DNA of 64,000 nt. Origin: the human T2T-CHM13v2.0 reference genome, Homo sapiens. Where the stretch lies: assembly GCF_009914755.1 (NCBI RefSeq), contig NC_060935.1; one strand, 5' to 3'. The translations under genes were made by a program, and so were the position numbers. Shown piece by piece: positions 53,043 to 64,000 of the stretch. A model generated the notes under the pieces. The model made no database searches. It worked only from the letters and a program-made list of their open reading frames with translations, and was not told where the DNA came from. The stretch's first letter is position 1; each line of letters starts with the position of its first letter.

Positions 53043-53572
53043 TATGGCTCATCATTCATTCATTCATTTAACAAATATTTAGTGAGCACCTAATACATGC
53101 TGTGCACTGCTAGAAATAGGGTATATATTGATAAACAATAGTAAGCACTTTATATGTGGGGTGAAAGAGGGTGTTACTAATAATTACATTGGGATAGCTG
53201 ACATAAACCAGGACTATACCAGGCAAACCAGGTCCTGTGACCACCTTACTTATGATGCATGTTGTTAGGCCAGGATAATGAACTAGACCAAGACCTTGCC
53301 TGCTAGTATTTCTCCCTTTGCCATTTTTCTTTTCTAAGTCAAACATAGTGTTTAGTTTTTAAAGTTTTTAAATGAATAGCCTGCATAGTAGCATGATTGA
53401 AGTGATTTTACTGGACTTCATCAATATGTAGATCAGTTTTACCTTTGGATATTGGACTTGTAACCTGGGAGTAGAAGGCCCATTCCAGAGCAAAATTTTC
53501 TATACTAGATAGGCTAGAGACACACTTGAGCCTTAAGCAGGGGAGGACAACTGGTGCTTTTAGTTCACTGTA

Positions 53573-54499
53573 CAGTTGACTCTTGAACAACATGGGTTTG
53601 AACTGCATGAGTACACTAATAAGTGGATTTTCTTCCACATCTGCTACTCTTGAGACAGCTCCAATGAGGTCTTTGACAGCAAAACCAACCCCTCCTCTTC
53701 TTTCTCCACTGTAGCCTACTCAGTGTGATGACTACAAGGATAAAGATTTTTATGATGATCCACTTCCACTTAGCAAACAGTAAATACATTTCTCTTATGA
53801 CTTTCTTGTTAACATTTTCTTAAATTTTTTTTTGGCTGGGAGCAGTGACTCACACCTATAATCCTAGCACTTTGGAAAGCCAAGGCAGGAAGATCACTTG
53901 AGCTCAGGAATTCAAGACTAGCCTGAGTAACATAGTGAGACCCTGTCTCTACGAAAAAAATAAAATAAAATAAAAATTAGCTGGGTGTAGTGGCGTGCAT
54001 CTGTAGTCCCAGCTACTTGGGAGGCTGAGGTGGGAGGATCACTTGAGTCCAGGAGGTTGAGGCTGTGGTGAGCCATGTGGTGAGATCGTGCCACTGTACT
54101 CCAGCCTGGGTGACAGAGCGAGACCTTGTTTCAAAAAAAACAAAAATTTTTTTTTTACCTTTTTTTTAAGAGACGGACTCTTACTATTTTGCCCAGGCTG
54201 TTCTCGAACTCCTGGCCTAAAGCAATCCTCCCGCCTTAGCCTCCCAAAGTGTTGGGGTAACAGGTGTGAGCCATCACACTCGGCCCATTTCCTTTTTTCT
54301 TGCTTTATTGTTAAAAAATACAGCATATAATACATATAACATACAAAATATGTGTTAATAGATGGTTTATCAGTAAAGTCAACAGTAGGCTATTAGTAGT
54401 TAAGTGTTTGGGAAGCCAAAAGTTATACGTGGATTTTTGACTGTGCGGTGAGGGATGTGTTGATGACCCCTAACCTCCACATTGTTCAAGGGTCAACTA
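53573..54499. mobile_element. Tigger2-type (TcMar) DNA transposon with two nested Alus
   Basis: TIRs cagttgactcttgaacaa / ttgttcaagggtcaacta, flanked by TA on both sides. Confidence 0.85.
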
Positions 54500-54727
54500 T
54501 ATTTCATAATTCATTTAATTTAGAAAAATTAAAGTTAGAGAATGGGTGATGTTCATCTGTAACACTCCTGAAAGGTGACCAAGATTACTGGCAGCAACTT
54601 AACTGAGATAAACAGGCTTCAAGTTATGTGCAATACCCAGTGTTCCTTGCTTGCTAAAGTAATAAAAGCATATATGAATGCAAGGTACTGAGAATATTAT
54701 TATAGGGATAATATTGCATCCACTCTC

Positions 54728-55997
<1,270 letters not shown>

Positions 55998-56063
55998 CCC
56001 ATATCTGTTTTTTAAACTTTTTTTCCAGTGATCTTTCCTTGACTTTATACTTTCTCTCTTAAT

Positions 56064-56490
56064 AGAGCACAGAGTGAGCAGAAGTAAACAAAATAGACAC
56101 TAGAAAAACACAGAAAAGATCAATGAAACTAAGTGGTGGCTTTTATAAAAGCTAAAAAAATCAATAAACCTTTAACTAGACTAGCAGAGAAAAAGAGAAG
56201 ACGTGAATAAAATCAGAAATGAGAAAGGAGACATTACAATTGATACAACAGAAATAGAAAAGATCATGAGGCTACTCTGAACAATTATAACCAACAAATT
56301 GGATTAACTAGAAGAAATGGATAATTTCCTTGACACATAAAACCTACCAAAATTGAATTATGGAGAGAAAGAAAATCTGAATTGACCAATAACAGGTAGG
56401 AGACTGAATCAGTAGTAAAAAGTCTCTCATCAAAGAAAAGCCCAGGACCACATGGTTGCACTGGTGAATGCTACCAAACATTTAGAGAAT
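56064..56490 (+). mobile_element. L1 ORF2 fragment (sense)
   Basis: aaagatcaatgaaac..aatcagaaatgagaaaggagacattaca..ctagaagaaatggataatttccttgacaca..aaagcccaggacca. Confidence 0.85.
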
Positions 56491-56499
56491 ATTCCTTGT

Positions 56500-57477
<978 letters not shown>

Positions 57478-57478
<1 letters not shown>

Positions 57479-58306
57479 TGTGAAACCTTTCCTTGATGTA
57501 GTAATAGATATAAATACACACATATGTATAGGTTTCCATCTATGATTCCTGGCTCATAACTCCCAGAGTCCTTGTTACAGTCTTTTGTTACAATGTTGGT
57601 ATGTTAGGCCTCTCTGACTTTCTCCAGTGTTCCTTTCACCTGCCCCAAGGCAGGTCTGTAATCTGATTGTGGGTCATAAGACCACCATTCCAGAGAGGGT
57701 CCCATCCCATACCCTGGGGGAAGGAATGCTAACGTCACGAAGCTTCTATAAAAAGCCAGGATGACTGGATTTAGAGAGCTTCTGGATAGCTGAACACATG
57801 CAAGTTCCTGGAGGGCAGCTCGCCCAGGGAGGGCATGGGAGTTCTGTGCCCCTTCCCCCATACCTCACCCTGAGCATCTCTTCATCTGTATCCTTTGTAA
57901 TAAAATAAATTGGTAAACATGTTTCCCTGAGTTCTGTGAGTCACTATAGCCAATTAATTGAACCCCAAGAGGGATTGTGGGAACCCCAACTTGAAGCCAG
58001 CTGTCAGAAGTTCCAGAGGCCCCAGACCTGTGACTGGTGTCTAGCAGTGTTGGGAGAGGGAAAGAGGACAATCTTTGGGGGGCTGAGCCCTTACCCTGTG
58101 GGATCAGACACTATTTCCAGGTAGATAGTGTTGGAATTGAATTGGAAGACATCCAGTCAGTGTTTGTTGCCAAACTGATTGCTTGCTTGTTGCTAGGGAG
58201 AAATCCCCACATAGTTTGGGGTCACAGAAGTCTTCTGTGCTGATTGATGGTTCTTGTGCTGGCATGAGAGCAGAGAAAAATCAGTTTGAGGGTTTTTCCA
58301 AAACAC
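57478..58306. mobile_element. ERV-class LTR (MER21-like)
   Basis: ttcctggctcataactccc..aggactgg..gagagcttctggatagctgaacaca..gagccctta..ggatcagacactatttccaggtagatagtgt; family from recall. Confidence 0.65.
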
Positions 58307-60786
58307 TTGGCTATAAAAACACACTGTTCTGGTTGACAGTTACATTTTATTGTGACTGATTAGATAAAAGGTGGAGAAAAAGAGAACATTTGTGAACCAA
58401 CAAGGAACTCAAAACAGAAAGCAAAAATACTACGGTAAAACAATGTCACCCAATGCTGTCTCGGAGACTAATCTTGGCCCTAGAGCACTGCACATCTCCA
58501 TTATCACATTTCTACAGTGGAGCCTAGGGCCTCTAACTACTTCCCTCCCTTAGAAGAGAAAGTGCCTGTCAGAATATACAAATATACAAATATCCCTCCA
58601 TTTTGGGGGGAGAATGGTAAACCAAACAAAGAACTGTCTTTTATTTTTAGTTAATTCACTGTATCTTTTTAAATTCTTTTTTCTGTCTCAAGCATCATTT
58701 TTACTAGAACTTCATGTTTTTTTAGATAGTGTTCTTATTCTTTTCTGGACAGAACATTTTAAAAGTCTGTGTCTCCTTTTTGCATTCTTTCACCGTGATC
58801 ACAAGTCAGATATAAAATCCAGCTGGATCTGGCTAACAACTGTTGAGAAACGGACTTAAATGAAGACATTTCAATGGTAAATTCGGTGATGTCTTTCTGG
58901 TTACAGCTCACCTTTCTACATTTATGTGTAGCCCAAAGGCAAACACATATATACTGACAAACCACCAAAACAAAACCAGAGTAGGGGCAGGGGGCAGGGG
59001 CTCACGCCTGTACTCAAAGGGATACCAAGATTGGAGGAAGGCTTGAGCCCAGGAATTTGAGGCCAGCCTGGGTAACATAGCAAGACTCCGTCTTTACCTA
59101 TATATACACATGTATTTCATATAAAAGCCGGATGGGGGTGGAACAGAGTCATCATTTCAAGGTCTGAAGTTATGATTTCTGAGAACTTGGAGAACTGAGA
59201 ATTTAGGAAAAAGATAAGGTATGCAGGAAAATAGGAAAAGATATAATTTTGACAATCTGATAAGGGAGACAAAGATGATCATGATTGATGTTTACAGCAT
59301 GTGCTTCTGATCTTTTGAAGAAGAGAGAATATAAGATAATATTAGAAGTCAAAGGGCAAATGTTCTTTCTTGCATTCAAGAGTCAATAGAGGCAACAGTA
59401 AAGAACTACTTTTTTTAAGAGATGGGGTCTGGCGATATTGCCCAGCCTGGTCTTGAACTCCAGGGCTCAAGCAATCCCCTCACTTCAACATCCCAAAGTG
59501 CTGGGATTACAGACGTGAGCCACCTCATCTGGCCTATAAATGATTATTTAAATAAAAAGCCACTCCTTTGCCATCATTACTATCTATAAACCAAATGTTG
59601 CTCATTGAAGTTAGCATTAGTTTTTGCTTCATCTCTATGTTCTTCCCAGCATAGTGTGTGATACATTATGGTCATTCAATAAACATTTGTTAAATTATTA
59701 GGGTGGTAGAAGTGACGTGGGTCTCTCTCCAACAAGATCATGGGTGAACTCATAATCAATAAACACTAAGTGCTTACCATCTTTTATACTTTTCTAAGTG
59801 TTTTACATGTATACACCACCACAGGAGATGGTTGATATTACTATTCTCTCTTTACAGACAAGGAAGCTGAGGCACAGAGAAATGAGTACATGACAGAGTT
59901 GGGATTTGAGACTAGGCAGTATGGGTTATAGAGCCTATATGCTATACTAGCACTCATACGATCTCAAGTCAATCAGAAAAATGCCCCAGGATAACTCCAC
60001 AATACATTAAACCAGAGCTAGATATCTGCCCGACCCAAGAACCAAAAACAGGAAGTGTCACACTAGGCTGGAGAGTCACTATACACGTATAAATTGGCAG
60101 TGGGCTAATAGTAAGCCAGGAATCAGGTAGGGCCTCTGCTAGCCTGTAGACTGGGGCAAACTCACTCACCAATACCCAAAGCTTGTTTAGTGGATATGGT
60201 ACAGTAGATTTCAGAAGATCTTAAACCCTTCGCTGGGTGCCTTTATGCTATGCAAAAATTGCAGAGAGTGTAAGCAAGAGCGAGACCAAGAAGAGAAGGA
60301 GGAAGAGAAAGATTAAAAGCCAAGGACAAAAATAGGCATGGGAGGGAGATGGGGGTGAGGAACAGATGGATCCAGAAGGCCAAGTTCAGAAATTGATAAA
60401 TCAATTGTGGTCACGCCATGCTTCAATCAAGAGAATTTTAAAACTTCCCCCTAACTCCACCCATCAAATCCTGCTCCTAAAAAGCCTGTTCCTTTTGATC
60501 AAAGGAATAATATAAATACTGACAAGTAACAATAAACGTGGCCTATTATTTTTATTTTTCATTTATCATTTTTTTTAGAGACAGCATCTTTCTCTGTTGC
60601 TCAGGTTGGAGTGCAATGGCATGTTCATAGTTCACTATACCTTCAAACTCTCAGGCTCAAGGGATCCTCCTTCCTCAGCCTTCTGAGTAGCCAGGGCCAC
60701 AGGTACACGCCACCACACCCAAACTGAGAATATGCCTTAAAAAAAACAAAAAAAAAAAAACAAAAAAAACAAGAAAAACACCTCTC

Positions 60787-61465
60787 TGTTACGGTCTGAA
60801 AGCTTGTGTCTCCCCTAAATTCATACGTTGAAATTCTAACCCCCAAGCTGACTGTATTAAGAAATGGGGGCCCTTAGTGGGAGGTAATTAAATCCTGAGG
60901 ACAGAACCCTCATCAATGGGATTAATTATCTCATGAAAGAGGCCCGAGGTGCTTGTTTGCTCCTTCTGCCATGTGAGGGTACATCAAGAAGGCACAATTT
61001 ATGTATCAGAACAAGGGCCCTCATCAGACACTGAATCTGTTGGTGTTTTTTTTTTTTTTCTTTGAGATGGAGTCTCACTCTGTAGCCCAGGCTGGAGTGC
61101 AGTGGCATGATCTTGGCTCACTGCAACCTCTACCTCCCAGGTTCAAGCGATTCTCCTGCTTCAGTCTCCTGAGCAGCTGGCATTACAGGCGCCCACCACC
61201 ATGCCCAGCTAATTTGTTTTGTATTTTTTGTAGAGATGGGGTTTCACCATGTTGGCCAGGCTGGTCTCAACTCTTGACCTCAAGTGATCCACCCACCTCA
61301 GCTTCCCAAAGTGCTGGGATATAGGTGTGAGCCACACGCCCAGCCTGTTGGTGTTTTTATTTTGGATTTTCCAGCCTCCAAAACTGCCAAAACTAAATTA
61401 CTGCAGCTTAAAAGCTACCTGTTTTATGGTATTTTGTTATAGCAGCCTGCACAGACTAATGCACT
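60787..61465 (+). mobile_element. MaLR LTR (MST/MLT1A-type) split by an Alu
   Basis: tgttacggtctgaa..ctaaattcatacgttgaaattctaaccccc..gttatagcagcctgcacagactaa. Confidence 0.75.
61045..61345 (-). mobile_element. Alu nested in MaLR LTR
   Basis: Dimer, TSD ctgttggtgttttt. Confidence 0.92.
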
Positions 61466-63087
61466 TTCAAACCAATCCTTTATAACAGAGACTAGACTAG
61501 CAGGTGGAGTGATATATTGATATATGAAATTTAGCTTGACTTTAATTAAAAATTTTTAATTTGGCATAATAATCTCTCCAAGGGAGATTATTAGGAAGAA
61601 ATGGTACTGATTAGACAAAAGTAGTACACAATTTTTTCCTCATTGACTAAAGATGCTTGCCATTTTCACTGGTCCCACTACTACAGATAGATGCACAGAA
61701 AGATAAACTGCTAATAGGCACAAGGAGAAGAGTAAGAACAACAGTTCATCCAAAAAAAAAAAAAAGGCCCATCATCCCATTCCTGTGCAATTTCTCCCAG
61801 GACTTACATACCTGAGACCTCAGGGAAGAAAGGGGACAAGGGAAGAGCACACTAGGTGAGCGGCAGCATCGAGCAGGATGTGGAACAGACATCATGAGCC
61901 TGGGCATTAATCAGTATGTGTCAGAACAGAAAGCTATACTGAAAAAAATAAATTTTATTAAATAAATCTGTATTTTTGAAATTTGAATTTTCTTTTTTGT
62001 AGTTTGTTTAACTTCCTTTTGGAATCCATAACGTTTTAATAAAACTCACTTTGAAAAAAATCTCAAATACACTAACAAGGGAAATACATTTTGTTATTTA
62101 CAAATATGGGCCAGGGAGAAATGTGAGACAGTGTAACTTGGGGCCAGGCACAGAGTTATTCATTTATTCAATAAATATTTACTGAATGCCTACTATGTGC
62201 CAGGCATTATGCTAAGATGCTGGGGATATACCTAGTAATGAAGAAGGAAGAAATTGTCTCTGCCTACATGTAACTAAAAGTCCTTGGGAGAAGAAAGATA
62301 GTGAAAAATAAATCCAAATGCGATGTGTTATGAAAGAGGAAGTATAAAGTGCCATGAGTATGAGTGGAAAGAGCAGTTAAAGGTGAGCAGAGGAGCAGCT
62401 CTCAGTGGAAAGAAATCAAAAGCTAAGATAAAAACCAGTAACACTCTGGATGGGTGGGAATAGATTGAAATCCATAAAGCCAAAGAGATTTGAATTACTT
62501 GACTTCAAATAGGTTGAATATTTCAGTAAGGTAAGGACTCTATTCTTTTTCTTTCTCGGCCTTTGTCCAGAGAGTGGGAAAAGTTTGAAAGATTTGGTCT
62601 GAATCCAGGTTTTAAAAATTATTTTTATGGATTGATTAATATTGTTATACACAACAGGACTACAGAATGTAGGAGATGGGGTAACTGTCCCCAAAAGAGG
62701 TCATAGCCTTGTTGGAGAGACAACATATAAACATAGAAAAAAATAAAAGAGGTCTCTTAGGAGACTATAAATGATTAAAGCCTTAATGAAGGCAGAGGAA
62801 GAAGTTTCTATGGGCACAAATAATAAGTAATGATGTCTTGCTAGAGATGTCCTATTTTAGAACTTATTGGTGAATTATGACATTCTAAGATAGGCCTAAG
62901 TGTACAAGACTTAGGTCTAAAATTAGGCATTAGAAACTGCCTCCCTGTTTGGCCTGGCTGATGGCAGAGGGAGGGTCAGAAATACAGGGGAGATTCAGTA
63001 GCCAAAGATGGGTTCATCTATAGCTATGATGAGATAAACAGTTGACACCAAGATTATACATTCTGGTGTCTAGAAGGGGGATCTTCG

Positions 63088-64000
63088 TGTATTCATCCAT
63101 TCTCACACTGCTATAAAGATACTACCTGAGACTAAGTAATTTATAAAGAAAAGAGGTTAATTGACTCACAGTTCTACATGGCTGGCGAGTCTTCAGGAGA
63201 CTTACAATCATGGTGGAAGGTGAAGAAAAAACAAGGACCTTCTTCACATGGCAATAAGAGAGAGAAGGGTGAGCAGGGGAAATGCCAGATGCTTATAGAA
63301 CCATCAGATCTTGTGAGAACTCATTCACTATCACAAGAACAGCATCGGGGGAACGACCCCTATGATCCACTCACCTCCCACCAGGTCCCTCCCTTGACAC
63401 ATGGGGATTATGGGGATTACAATTCAAGATGAGATTTGGGTGGGAACACAAAGCCTCCATATCATTCCACCCCTGGCCCCTCCCAAGTCTTTTTCTCTCA
63501 TTTCAAAACATAATCATGCCTTCCCAACAGTACCTCAAAGTCTTAACTCATTCCAGCATTAAACCAAAAGTCCAAGTTCAAAGTCCCATCTGAGACAAGG
63601 CATGCCACTTCTGTCTAGTAGCCTATAAAATCAAAAGCAAGTTAATTACTTCCAAGATACTATGGGGGTATAGGCATTGGATAAATACTCCCATTCCAAA
63701 TGGAAGAAATTGGCCAAAACAAAGGGGATACAGGCCCCACGCAAGTCTGAAATCCAGCAGGGCAGTCATTAAATCTTTAAGCTCCAAAAGGATCTCCTGT
63801 GACTCCATGTCTCATATCCAGGTCATGCTGATGAAAAAGGTGGGCTCCCATGGCCTTGGGCAGCCCTGCCCCTGTGGCTTTGCAGGGTATAGCCCCCGCC
63901 CTGGCTGCTTTCATGGCTGGCATTGAGTATCTGCGGCTTTTCCAGGCTAATGATGCAACCTGTTTGGAGGATGGTGGCCCTCTTCTCATAGCTCCAATTA
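63088..64000. mobile_element. MST/THE1 LTR (~63088-63463) plus internal sequence running off the window
   Basis: tgtattcatccattctcacactgctataaaga..gagatttgggtgggaacaca then cattccacccctggcccctccca..ttaactcattccagcattaa. Confidence 0.85.

Overview
Human (primate) genomic DNA, Alu-dense, matching the CTR9-EIF4G2 locus (chr11p15 from recall). + strand: the last 13 exons of CTR9 (PAF1 complex TPR subunit), 1313-14016, with 3' UTR to ~14660. - strand: the complete 22-exon EIF4G2 (DAP5/p97/NAT1) gene (~43900 to ~31950). Its 21 coding exons sum to 2724 nt (907 aa + stop) only if translation starts at a GUG (42274). It has a 16-codon uORF in exon 1 and hosts the C/D snoRNA SNORD97 (36369-36510), whose guide maps to C34 of elongator tRNA-Met. 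Less obvious elements: two retrocopies in CTR9 introns (an HNRNPA3-like 3' UTR with target-site duplication, and a heavily decayed RPS3A-like copy); relic L2 endonuclease and pogo/Tc2 transposase coding sequence between the genes; and three fold-back (inverted) duplications upstream of the EIF4G2 promoter. Gene, repeat-family and miRNA names come from recalled sequences, not database searches. Exon coordinates were read from GT-AG boundaries; repeat boundaries are approximate. No clearly new multi-gene system is supported; the best unexplained structure is the fold-back cluster at 45.6-56.9 kb.
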